64,000 nucleotides of DNA from Geosiphon pyriformis uo1 (Eukaryota; Fungi; Glomeromycota), in NCBI GenBank assembly GCA_016748015.1, contig JAAOMT010000678.1:476389-540388 (forward strand), read 5' to 3'. Position 1 is the stretch's first letter. Each line of letters begins with the position of its first letter. The position numbers were made by a program, and so were the translations under genes. This document shows, piece by piece, positions 1 to 12,467 of the stretch. The notes under the pieces were generated by a model. The model did not search any database, was not told the DNA's origin, and was given only the letters and a program-made list of their open reading frames with translations.

Positions 1-99
1 TGAGGTAATCTGTATTGAATCGTGGTGGTGTCACTGATTACGAAAAATTCCTGTATTCCCAAAAGAATTCATTCGAAATCGTCTCAGAATTTTGAAATT
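1..99 (-). CDS. Possible exon of a gene running off the left edge (perhaps another Sel1-repeat family member)
   Basis: Minus strand has a branch-like GCTAAT and a ...TTGTAG acceptor at 100-101, followed by an open frame FQNSETISNEFFLGIQEFFVISDTTTIQYRLP. This loosely resembles the N-terminal cap of the two Sel1 proteins here (DNFFIYGVTQIF; IKFGLDLKFFF). Upstream exons uncertain. Confidence 0.3.
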
Positions 100-2028
100 C
101 TACAATAGAAAAGAAAAATTAGCATGAAAAAAAAGGTCTTAACTCTCCGATTCTTTCTGTCATAAATATATAATTATTAATTATTCCTATTTTAGAAGTC
201 GAATTGTAAGATCTATCCTTTTCATGATTAGATAAACAAAGAAACCTTTGTCTGTTGACGAGGAGAGCCAATGCAAACCATTATAAATAAAGACTTGAAT
301 GATCAAAAAGATTTGAAATTCACATCTTAAGAGCACATGTTGTACCAAATGAAATGGAAATAATCCCTTGAATTTTACAATGGTTGTAAGATATTTTTCA
401 AAAGAAATTGGAAATATAAAAAAATGATAGCAAGCATTTTTATCATATGAAAAAGGAAGAGTAGAATAAATAAATCAATTTCTTGTATGATATACAAGAG
501 ATTTAAAGCCTGAAAACATGATAATGAAACTTTGAAAGAAATTTCGGGGATAAATCTCGTCGTATCTCGAAATCCGAGTTTTCAAAAACACACGGTTGTT
601 TCTTTTGACTCATGACGTCTAATTATCGAATGTTTTAATGATCTCATAGATTTCACCTTTAATATAGCCTGGTATTATATATATATATCTTTTAATTCAA
701 CATTTTAGCATGACTTTCAAACGCTTGTATACTGATCTTAATCACTTTTAACATGTTTTACTTCTTTAAATATAAATAGTTTTATACTAAAGTGATATAG
801 TGCAAAGATTTCTAGAATTCGGAGTTTTCAACTTCGAACTCATGTTCCATAATTTATGATGAAAATTTTTATTTTTCAATCTTTTAATCATTGAATCATA
901 TTAGAAAATTTTCGACTCAATTCCAACGCAGAAGACTATTTTCTTGTAAAATAATTTTATCTGAATCTAGTTTATATTGTATAAATAATTTATTTGACAA
1001 TTTGGAATTGATTAAAAACTATGCTTCAAATTTCAACATCAAAGGAAGTTCTAGATTCTTTTTAAGTTTTACTAATATGATTGTTCTGGGAGTATTTTAA
1101 GTCCTTTTCAAAACCTTCAAAGTCAGCTTTGGTTAATACTACTGTTAGGAAGAAGGTTCCCTAACCACATCTCAAAGTTCCTAATGTGCATTGATTGTAA
1201 ATCTTTTCTCTTTAATTTAAGAAATTTCTTGAATCGAAGAATTTAAAAGTTTCATTTTTTCTCGCTATTAACTCTAATTAATTAAGGGACAAAATATTTT
1301 CTTTTGCCACACATACTTTTTGGTGAGAACATTGGAATCTTGAGTTTTTTGCTGATGTTTGAGTACTGAATTAATTTTCAAGATTGTGTAGGTTGCCTTT
1401 CTCAACCATATAGTCAATAAAAGTATATATTCTATACCAAGCATCATAATTCAATTTTTTTTTAACATACTAAATTTGTTTGCTTAAACTTGAATGCCGG
1501 GCTTGGTAGCAATAATTTCCGATTCAACAATAATATTTGGAAAAAAAAGACAGAGAATTGGAGCCAAGAACTTTTTTGTATTTTTAATATTAGTGTGTTA
1601 ATTTAACTTTTTAAGGCCTCAATAGAAATTTACTGAGGAAAGCTCGCTTTTCATGTTGATCAATGTAAGCTATTTTCTTTGAACAAAGCCGATTATTGAG
1701 AAAACATCTCTGCAGCATGAAATCTTCATATTAAATTCCTAAATCTGTAAATGGATTTTTCATGAAAAGAATAAGGTTTTTACCACGCCAATTCAATGAG
1801 TCAAAAATAACTTGTATCGGAGTAAAAGTATTAAAAACTTTCTAAATCTGTTAGTTAAAAATTTGTCATACAACTTTTTATGGAAATATAGACGGGTCAT
1901 ATTTCCCGAAAGTTTCCTACTGACAAATCACAAGGTATTTCTAGAAATTTATTTAAAGTATAAACAGGGTAGTTTTTCATTACAAATTGCGAGAAATATT
2001 TTTAAAAAAAAATTATTTCATTTGCATA

Positions 2029-2763
2029 ATGCCTCAAATTGAAAATCATAAAATTTATTATAAAAAACCTCTTAATCATGAATTGGGTGAAAAGAAATTT
2101 TCTACTGATCCAATTCATAATTTTAAAGTCCCTTTTCCTCCCAAAATTGTCGCTAAAGAATGTATTACGATCAAAGACGGTAAACTCCCATCTAAAGCTC
2201 CAAATTGTTTCATAATTTACCGTCGTGCATATCAGAAAGAAATCTGTGAGAGAGGACATCCTTATAGGTTAAGCTTAGTATCCAGCATGGCATCGGGTTC
2301 TTGGAAATATGAACCAGATGAGGTTAAAGAAGTCTATCGTAAATTGGCAAAAGATGCAACCATTTTACTCCTTAATTTACGTTCCAAAGCTGTGATAACT
2401 GGTGAAAAACCTGTTGAAAAGAATAAGCTTGAGCCTTTTATCAAAAAAATGAATAATAATAAAATAGACTTATATGACGAAGACGCATGGTCACGAAAAA
2501 TTAATGAATTAAAAACATTAGATGTGGAGACATTAAATACCTCTGAGAAAAATTCATCACTGACAGGTCCTTACGTTTCTTCTTTTGAACAGAGATATGA
2601 TTATTATGGTTACCTTCCTGAACAGACATATCAGGACAGACAATTCTCTGTAGAAATTTTTTCTTTGAACTATGACATAGAAAAAGAGGTAAATATAGAT
2701 CCAGAAATTAATAGTTTTGAAAAAAGGCCAATCACTATTCCATCAATTTTTGGAATATCTTGA
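2029..2763 (+). CDS. HMG-box transcription factor (MATA_HMG/Sox-like), HMG1, 244 aa, intronless
   Basis: First ATG at 2029 (ORF-track start 1987 is TTG). HMG box PSKAPNCFIIYRRAYQKE...VSSMASGSWKYEPDEVKEVYRKLA, preceded by PFPP motif. Confidence 0.92.
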   Translation: MPQIENHKIYYKKPLNHELGEKKFSTDPIHNFKVPFPPKIVAKECITIKDGKLPSKAPNCFIIYRRAYQKEICERGHPYRLSLVSSMASGSWKYEPDEVKEVYRKLAKDATILLLNLRSKAVITGEKPVEKNKLEPFIKKMNNNKIDLYDEDAWSRKINELKTLDVETLNTSEKNSSLTGPYVSSFEQRYDYYGYLPEQTYQDRQFSVEIFSLNYDIEKEVNIDPEINSFEKRPITIPSIFGIS

Positions 2764-4020
2764 CACTTTTTTAGCTTTATTTTAATATATAGAAATATTT
2801 TAACTATTACATGTAAAATTTAGTATATAAAAAATATAAAAATATAAAATGCTTAGAGTATAGAAATAAAAAATTTAATTATACAAATTTTTTTTAATTA
2901 AAAACGATAATATATTAGGATTTGACAAATTTTTATTAAGATAAAGATCTTGATTATATTTTGGGGTTTCTTGTCTGCAAAAATACAAATGGTTTTAAAG
3001 CAAATGTCATATAAAAAAGAAGTGAATCTAATCTCTGGGTGACTTTTTGAACAAAAAGACCTACTTGTGTCCTTCAACTATTAAAAATAACTTTTCTAAC
3101 TTCAACCAGCCTTTGTTCTAGCATTATAATACGACTCACGTTGTTAAAGACTGAATTTTAACTTGCAAACAAAAAATGTCATCTATTCGGATATAAATTT
3201 TTTAATTGACAAATGTTGAAATCTAAAGTCATTTTCTATTTTTGTTGAGATTCTTAAAATGTAGCCAAAATCATAAAACATATATCTTTTTTTATAAATT
3301 CTAATATTTCCCGATTTTTTAATTTTATACAATTTATTGCCTACTAATTCCTCGCAAAAGCAACTTGATATCGTTTATGTTTCGATGGATTTGAATGTTT
3401 AGCAAACCAAATGCTGAAAATTTATAACTTATTAAAATTTTGGATTTATACAATAACATTTTTTTATTAGTTGCGTTATTAAAAACAGATGAAAGTTTTT
3501 TTAATAAAATAAATTTTTTTATTAAATAACTAAGAAATGATTCCATTATTGTAAAGTTGAATGAATTTCTTTGTTTTTGAATAATTTTACTGAAAAATAT
3601 TGTTGAAAAATATTGCTGAAAAAAACTACTGTAAAAAATAAACATAAATACATTTTGGAATAAGATTTAAAGATTAATTGATTAAATTAAAAAATTATTT
3701 AATATGATGGTTCAATTGATTATGAAATTTGTGATTTTTTATAAAACTCAATAAAAAAACTGAATTTAAAATTTCTATCATAATTAATTAATTAATTAAT
3801 TAATTAATTAATTATTCAATTATTCACACTTTTAAATAAATTTTGATAAATTATATTTAAAAATAAATTTATTTGTTTCTAATTATGAAATAATAAATAA
3901 ATAATTTTTTTTTAATATTATTATAATTTATTAAACCAGTTATTTGTAAAATAAATAAAATTTTAAAAACACATAAATAAGAAATCTATTAAAAATATTT
4001 AATTTTTTAATATATTTTAA

Positions 4021-6287
4021 CAGTGAGTTTCAAAAAAAAAGTTTTATTAATCTGATTATTTGTAGCAATTTCATTTGAAATTAATATTTACACATAATAT
4101 TATTTTATTTTTACTTAATTTCTAAATGTATTTAGTCTTCGAAAATTTTAAATAATTTAAATTAGATCTGATAAAATGATAAATTTGGTTGATTTTTATT
4201 AGGAATTAGCTTGATTTTGGAAATAAAGTCAGAGTAACATGTGATACGTTATCAATAAATTCTTCTAAAAAGAATAGAAAAATATTGAGGGATAATAAAG
4301 AGAAATGTTGGAAAAATTATAAAAAAAAATATTGGAAAATAAAAATGAAAAGAAGGATTATTAAAAAAAAATAATAAGAATGAAAATTGGAGCAATAATG
4401 AGAATAAATATTAGAAAAATAACAAGAAAAGATATTGGAACAATTATAATAATAATGGTTGGAATAATAAAGTTTAATTTTAGAAAAAAAACTCAAAATT
4501 AATGATAACTAAATTAGATTTTGTATGAAATAAAAATTCAACATTTGAAAAAGAAAAGTATGATTCTTATTTGACAAATACAACTAAAAAATTAGTTATT
4601 ATAAAAATATAGTCCAAATAGATCTTGAATAAAAACAGTCAGTAAAACTGCCAAAATTACACAATATTTTCTTATAAACAATATTAATTTTTTAGTAAAT
4701 TAAATTTTGAAATTTGGCAAAATGTCAACCAAATAAACAAAAAATTTAGTAATTATACATTAAATTAAAATTAATACATAAAAGTATATTAGTAAATGAA
4801 TAGAACAAAAAACAAGCCATTTTTAAATATTTTTAACAATTAGATAAATATAGTCATAATAGAATGAATGTTAATTTAAAAGTTGTGACAATAATGTTTA
4901 TTAATAGTAAAGTTTAACATACATCACAAATTAAATATTTAACAAATTATTAATTAGCCAATATTATATCAAGGAAAAACAAAAAAAATGATTAAAATAA
5001 TTATTAATAAAAATGAGACTGAACATTGTAAAAAAATAGTTAACGCACAAAATTTAAAGAATATGTTGAATAAAAAATTATCAACAAATATAAAAATTGC
5101 AAAAAAAATCTATTACAATCAGAATTGCTTTATGTTAGCTCAATATTTTAAGTTATAAATTTTAACAATATTACCAAAAAATATTTTATAATGATATAAA
5201 AGACCAAATGTTATTAAATATTGTCAAATTTTTTTTTAAGTCAAATAGAAAATATGAAGAAAGAATATAACTAAAATTTTGGGTATATTTAAGATAAACA
5301 GAAAAAACATATATTAGTAATACATAATATGTGTATATTTTATTTTAATAATGACAAAAAAGAAATTTGGACCAAAAAATAAAACATTGTTATTATGCAA
5401 AAAAGGAAATAGAAAACTACAACTTAAACTTGCTAATATTTAACAATTTCAACAGAAGCACATTGTTATTTAAACCCAGAAAATAATAATAAAAGATATT
5501 TGACTGCTTAACATTTATTTAAACAATTAGAAAAAAAAGCAATTTCAATTTTTGAAGTGCTTTATCCAAATTTTATAGATGTTTTTGCTTTTGATAACAG
5601 TTCAAATCATGCAATATATCAAAAAAAAATGTTTTAATACCACAGCAAATGAGTCTTAAACCTGGTAAAAAACAACCAAAAATGTATGATCCATATTTTG
5701 GACTAAATAATTAATATCAATCAATGGTATTTTCATCAAATTATTCTGATAAAAAACTAAGAGAACAAATTTAAAAAAATGTATCAAATTTTATTAGAAA
5801 AAGAAAAATGGCCATTAGAAGGACTATTGGCTGAATGCAAAAACAAAAACACTTTATGTGATTCATGCCAAGTAATTTCTTTGGGACCAGATTTTTTAGC
5901 ACAAAAAATTGCAATTGTAAAAGTAATTGAAAAAACAGGACACAAAAAAATATTTTTTATCCTAAATTTCATTGTGAACTGAATTTTATTGAGATATATT
6001 AGGGAGCAGCCAAACGTTATGCCAGAGACAATTGCAATAAATTGTTTAAAGTCTCGAATCTGTACCTTTGATTACAATTAGAAGATTTGCTAAAAAAAAC
6101 TTGGTGTTATATGAATCTTTATAGAAAAGGAATTTGGTGGTAAACTTGCAGAATATGCAGTTAAAAATATAAGTCTCATAAAAAAATTCCGGAATTAAAT
6201 CAAGTTTATATTAATTAATAAAATAGTTTCCCAAATTTCGGACTGATTATTAAAACTTAATGACTTCAAATGTTTTGCAACATACTG
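4021..6287 (+). mobile_element. Degenerate IS630-Tc1-mariner superfamily DNA transposon (fungal [11 protein letters not shown]-type DDE transposase), pseudogenised
   Basis: Broken frames read VFAFDNSSNHAIY (5581), [43 protein letters not shown] (~5955-6035) and ESVPLITIRRFA. Imperfect TIRs CAGTGAGTTTCAAAA (4021) vs reverse complement of right end CAGTATGTTGCAAAA (ends 6287, followed by TA). Confidence 0.8.
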
Positions 6288-7836
6288 TATATTTTTTGTT
6301 TAATATTGATGGTAAAATTTATTAATAATACAATTTTTCATGAATAAATTTTTGATGATTTTTTTTTTTTTTGAAAATGAATATTTGATAATTTATGAAA
6401 ATCATGTTTTGCTGAATTAACTAACAAAACAGATTCAAGTTTTTTTTTGGCATTAAATTGAAAAGTATTATTCAATAATTCATTGTTGTGAAATTTTTTT
6501 GGGGGAGGGGGTAAAAAATCTTAAAAACTCTTAATTTTAATTTAGTTTGGGATAAAAAACTTTTTTTTTCCACAAATATTTTTCCAAATGATTTTTATAC
6601 AATTTTTATAACCAAAACTAGTTTGAATTTCATTTTTTAAATGATCCAAAAAGATTAGTTTGATAGTAAAAAAAATAAAAAACTTTTTAAAATGAATAGA
6701 AATTCTTTGTAGTTATACAATTCGACTTTTTGAAAATAAATAAATAAATAAATACGTTTTATAATGTTTTTTTATTTCTTAATTTTTTTTTGGGGGGGGG
6801 GGATTTATTTTTAAATAAATAAATAAATATATATATATATATTTGTTTAAGGGTTATAAAAATAAATATAGATGAATTATTTTCTTTAAAAAAAAAAATT
6901 ATATTTAAAAACTAACCTGTAATTATAATTCTTAATGAAACAATCAAGTATTTTAGAATTTTTAAACTGAAGTTTTAAATTAGTAATAAGGATTTCAATA
7001 TAAACAACCTTTCTTTTAATCATTATTTGTTATGGTGCTCCTCTGACTATTGGAAGCGATCGTTGCATAATTAAAAAAAAATCACATGTGATTCCTGATG
7101 ATTATTTATTATTTGGAGTTTTATCATCATTTTGTCTATATATTCTCAGCCTCGTGGTCGATTAACTGAATTTAGGCTAGTCTTGTTCTTGTTAATAAAT
7201 GTTTTTGAGAACTTCCATTTGTTCTCATAAAATCGTACGTCTTTTCAAAAAAAATATTGAATATCTATAAAAGATAAAGAGTTGAAAGAAAATTTTAATC
7301 AGATTTAGTTGAGGTAAGATATTCCCTAGTTATACTTGTATTTTTATCATCAGATTTGGATACAATGCTTCATGGCCAAATATGAAATTTACCATCCTAT
7401 CGGGTTTCCAGCTCATCAATTGGAAAAAGGGGGGAATGTTTCACCCTAGCCATAAAATTAGCGCAATTTGATTACTGATTAATAGTAGTGCATTAAAATA
7501 ATATGAAAATTTTTATTTGTATATTGTAAATTTAAAGCATAGTAAAACTATAAGGCTCTGTACAAATGTGAACTCTGTAAACGCATACATGTAACACTGT
7601 ACACCTTTCAATTTATAGGTAAATTGGAAAAGCGTAAATGACGATATCCAAAATTAGACGATGACCAATTAAAATGAAATGATTAATAGAAAATCTAAAA
7701 TATCTCGTAAAATTATTCATGAACATTTGCAGAAAAATTATTCTTATGAAAGCATAATCCTATTTAACATATTTCTTTGCTCTTGTGGCATATAGCTATA
7801 ATTATGAAGTTTTAATTTGAAAATCTTAATTGGTAA

Positions 7837-7871
<35 letters not shown>

Positions 7872-7968
7872 TTTTAAGATCAATTAGAAATAAATGATTC
7901 TAAGTTTTTTGAATACCATGTGGAATTTTCCAGAATTGGGCTCACATTTTGTTGCCCAACAATTTCGT

Positions 7969-8943
7969 TTATCGTAGCCCAATCCACTCAATATTTTTAA
8001 CACCATGAAGGGGATCGGATCTAAAAGCATGAAGTAAGGAAGCTTCCAAAATACCGTCAGGAACAGAAAAGACACTCTCATCGTAAAAAGTATCTGTTTG
8101 AGATATGTAATATGAAGCCTTGACAGGGGATTGCATATCTTCTTCTTCTTCTTCTTCTTCTTCTTCTGGAGTAAACTCCAAAGGAAATTGTGAATGTAAA
8201 ATTTTGTGAGTGGATGTTAACCGAGGTGTTTGAGTAGGAAAGTTGTAATGTTGATCAGGTAAAATATTTGAACTTTCTTGGAAATCGCAGTTCGACTGAG
8301 GACAAGAAGCAATTTCCAATTTATCATATTTCAAGTTTGCGTTATTATTTACGAAATATGTTTCGAGTTCTTTAGGGTCACGCAAAAAGAATTCAATAGG
8401 TTGAAAATTTTGGGTAATTGAAGGGGTTTCGTCAAATCTTTTTTCTACGATACCATCCTTGAACTTTGGCTGTGAAATAATTGGTTTTTCCCTCTTATAG
8501 TATGGAATAGAATTCATAACTGCGGCAGGTCGTAAGGCAGATTGAAAATTACATTCTTTAGCGCGATATGATTCCCATGAACCGTAGTTTTTTTCATTTA
8601 GATGCTGTCTTACTTCGCTTGCCAATCTGGTATATTCTTCCTTGACATGAGCTGGCTCCTTTTTCCATTTTTTCCCAACAGAAGAGGAGATTGATTTCAT
8701 CGGGATGAAAAGATTTTGACGATTCAATTCTTTCACGAATGCTTTTCGATAAATCAAGAAGTTGTTTGGTCCTTTGGATGGTTGACGACCATTCGGTTTG
8801 TCAGATATTATCTCTGAAATGCATATGTCTGGAGGAAATGGAAGTTTTATTGATTCTAGAAATGAGTTTAAAGAACTTTGAAGCTTCGAAAGATCTTCCG
8901 AGCTTATTAAATCAGGATTTAGTCTCATTTCTAGATTATTCAT
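7969..8943 (-). CDS. HMG-box transcription factor HMG2, 324 aa, intronless, acidic C-terminus with poly-Glu
   Basis: PFPP motif, then PSKGPNNFLIYRKAFVKE...ISSSVGKKWKKEPAHVKEEYTRLA. Closest relative in the window is HMG1; the two are convergent. Confidence 0.93.
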   Translation of the reverse strand: MNNLEMRLNPDLISSEDLSKLQSSLNSFLESIKLPFPPDICISEIISDKPNGRQPSKGPNNFLIYRKAFVKELNRQNLFIPMKSISSSVGKKWKKEPAHVKEEYTRLASEVRQHLNEKNYGSWESYRAKECNFQSALRPAAVMNSIPYYKREKPIISQPKFKDGIVEKRFDETPSITQNFQPIEFFLRDPKELETYFVNNNANLKYDKLEIASCPQSNCDFQESSNILPDQHYNFPTQTPRLTSTHKILHSQFPLEFTPEEEEEEEEEDMQSPVKASYYISQTDTFYDESVFSVPDGILEASLLHAFRSDPLHGVKNIEWIGLR

Positions 8944-11900
8944 AAATAAATTTGTTTCTTGTAAGAATCTTTGGCGTAAACGTTTTCAAAGTATTTTTTG
9001 GTCTTTTAATGCGAAAAAGACGATTTTAAAATTGAACCTCTTCGTGGAGGTATTTATCTTAAATTGAACCTCCCACTGTTTCTTTTTCGAGAGATGACAA
9101 GTATTTATTTGTTTGCGAGTGTGGCAAATAAATGCTTTTATCACGTTTATTTTTTGATTTTGTTTGTGCTACCGTCACTTTTAAATTTTTACCAATCTTG
9201 CAGAAAGAGATATTATTAAGGTATCAAGTCCTCAATACTAAGATGATGATTTAGTTCATCTTTGTGAATCATGCATTGATTAACCTGTTTCTTTTTATTC
9301 ATTACAAATTTCGAATCAAAAAAAAAAAAACAACAAAATCATGAAAATTTTTTTGGCCGGCCGAGATTTGAGAAAACTATTATGCTTTATCGAATTATGT
9401 CTTAATCTTAAATAGAACTGAATAAACAAATTTTCTTTTAATGATATAATTCAAGTTATATTATTCAACAATTCACTTTTTCAATAACAACAACAACAAC
9501 ATAGCTGAAAATTAGAGAAATTTTTCATTTTTGTAGGTTTTGCAGTAAGTTTGAACACTAAAATATTCAAGAATTTTAAAAAAAACAAAATTATTAGATT
9601 TTTGACTTTTGACTTTTGACTTTTAATTGGAGAAAATTTTTTCTAATTTTGAAAAACCCGGATATGATTTAGTAAGAGTAAACGTTTTTGATTAACAAGA
9701 ATTTTTCTTTAATTAAGAATTAAATATATTATTTAGGAAACGATTGACTAATTTATAAATGTAAATTAATCAACCAATAATTTTACACAAAAATCAATCC
9801 GTCTTTTCCGGTAGACGACATACAACTTATGTTTGATGAAAAAAATATTAGGTTTGCTTTAAGGATACCTATCCCATGAGTAAACTTTGATCACCTCACC
9901 AAAAGATTCTGATGACAATGTGGCTTGGATATTAACTGATAGGATACAATTTGTAGCCACATTTATTCATTCAACTGAAAATGGCTAGCGAAAATCTGAC
10001 GGCAGAGAATTATAACGGTATTCCCTTTTTTAGGTTTTAAATTATCGCTCATCAAAAAATCTTTTAGATTCATGATAATGCATGCAGAAAAATTTATTAT
10101 TTTAGCGTACATTTTGAAGTCCTTATAAAGAATTTACTAAATGGCAAGTGTTACTAAAATTAGTACAAATATTATGACGCTTTATTAAACATATTTCTTT
10201 TTTTAGAGGGAAACCTTAATAAAGGAATTTAAAGGAAAGAAAAAAAAAAAAAAAAAAAAAAATTAGATGTGTTACAACGAAAGAGTTTTTTTTTTTGTTC
10301 TACGAAAATAAACATAATCTCTAAAAGTTTTTTTTATGAGAACATAATAAATCGTTGTTTGTGTTATATTATTTTGATTCCTAAATCAAGCTACTAAATA
10401 CTGATGTATTAAGAATTTTATCTATTACTCGAACCATCCCGAGGCATTCGCCAAAGGTAATTTTATTATTATTTTATTTCTCCTTAATGTTTTTGAAAAG
10501 AAATGAAAATTTAAAATTAATTTAATGCTTATCAAAGATTGTTTTTGCAGCATATTTTTTTATGCAGAATATTCAACTGCATCGATGAAAGACCTCATTA
10601 TTCCTGTTTTTTCGGGTACAAGATAAAGTAAGAATATATGAGACACAAGTACATGTACTATCTAGATTTCTCTCTTATAGTACAAATAAATTGTTAAGTA
10701 ATTATGAATGAAACCACTTCATTTTATGAAAATTTTTTTTTTATCAAGTATATAGTTTTATTATTGTAAATCCCAATTCTTTTATTTTTTTTCCCTCTAA
10801 AAATTTTTCACCATCAAGGATTTGATTGGAGTCTCTTGTGACATGTTTCTCAAATTTTTAAAACATTTGTAACACATGAGAAATGTGCATGTGAAAAAGA
10901 GCCTTATATTTGATGAATATAAACTTTTTAACTTTTAAAATACAATGAAATTTTAATAGATTTTAAATTATTATTTTTTTTTTCTGTGCTTTAAATTTTA
11001 AATCGAGATTAATTTATCTTTAAAAATGGTTTCCAGGATAAATCAATTGTAGACGTTTGAATTTAATAATATTGATGAATCCTTTTTTTGTCAAAAAAAG
11101 TTTTTAAATAGTATTTAACTTTAATGCTGCTTATTATTTAATTATACTTGATAAATTATTGGTTCTTATAATTCGTAACTTTACTAGAAATTTTTAAGCT
11201 GTAAGTAAGTTATAAAAAAATTATAGAAATTTTAATATTTTTTTAAAATAAGAACTTTTCATCTCAAAAATTATAAATATTAGTGTGTGACAAAAAAAAA
11301 TAATAAAAATTATTTCATTGTTTGGCACACGTTTTCTCTAGAATTTTTATTTTTTTTATTTGAATGATCTTTCTTGTGGCACTTAATGACTATTTAATTC
11401 ATGCACATTATATATTCACGAATCCCATTATCCTTTCTATTGAAAAAGGAATAAGTTTGTATAAAAATAGATATCGAAAATTTTGAAAACAAGGTGTACT
11501 AGAAAAGAAGCTCAGGGAAAACCACAAAATTGACCTTGAAATAATTGCTCAAGTGATTTTTAGCATCTCGCAGGAAATTTGGCCATAAATTCCATAAATC
11601 TCATTTCTGCCTGCTGATTCCGTTAAAAAACAAAATTCAAATAAATTCTTTTACAGAATTAGTCTACCAAATTTTCCTTTTAATTTTCCTTTTAATTTTC
11701 TTGTTTTTTATCAAAAGCTATGAAATTCAGATACTTTCCTTCTAGGTAGATATTCAAAGTAGTCATAATGTTTACACTTTAGAAAGAGCAAGAATGCAGC
11801 AAAACTTTGAATTGACCGAAAGAAGCTAAAAAGACTTTTAATCCTTTTTAGGAAAAGAAAAAATGTGTGTATATATTACAAAGTTGTGAAAGTAAATTAC

Positions 11901-12334
11901 AAATTGATATATGAATGATGATCAATATTTCTGTGGTCATTTTTTGTTACCATTTAATTTAATAGCTGAAAAACAAAACTCCTTTGGCCTTTGACAAAAT
12001 TTCTTAGGCTCACCATGTTATACTTTACGATTAAAATCGGAGATTTGAGGTTACACGTTTTTAAAGTTTTAGTGATACCCATGTTATTGATGATCTAAAA
12101 TAGGCAATAGGAAATACAATTGATTGCATAATCACCGTGCACAGTTAAAAATTGATTACCGTTATGCATAACTCTGATTATTTGTAAGCATTTCGATTAA
12201 GGATCAATGAAAAAAGTTTTTTCATTAAGGTTACAATATTTTTTTTAAAAAAAAATTGGCCACATTTCTATGTTTTTAATCTTTGTTCAATATTTTTGCT
12301 TTTCAATAAAAACTTATAACTTTCCCTTTTCTTA

Positions 12335-12467
<133 letters not shown>

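Noticed and set aside
1500-1700. HMG-binding-like AACAAT/AACAAAG sites upstream of HMG genes (autoregulation)
   Set aside because: Expected frequently by chance in such AT-rich DNA; enrichment cannot be shown by eye.
10420-10630. Possible small spliced ORF (YYSNHPEAFAK|GTAATT...TGCAG)
   Set aside because: No clear start, early stop, no recognisable family.
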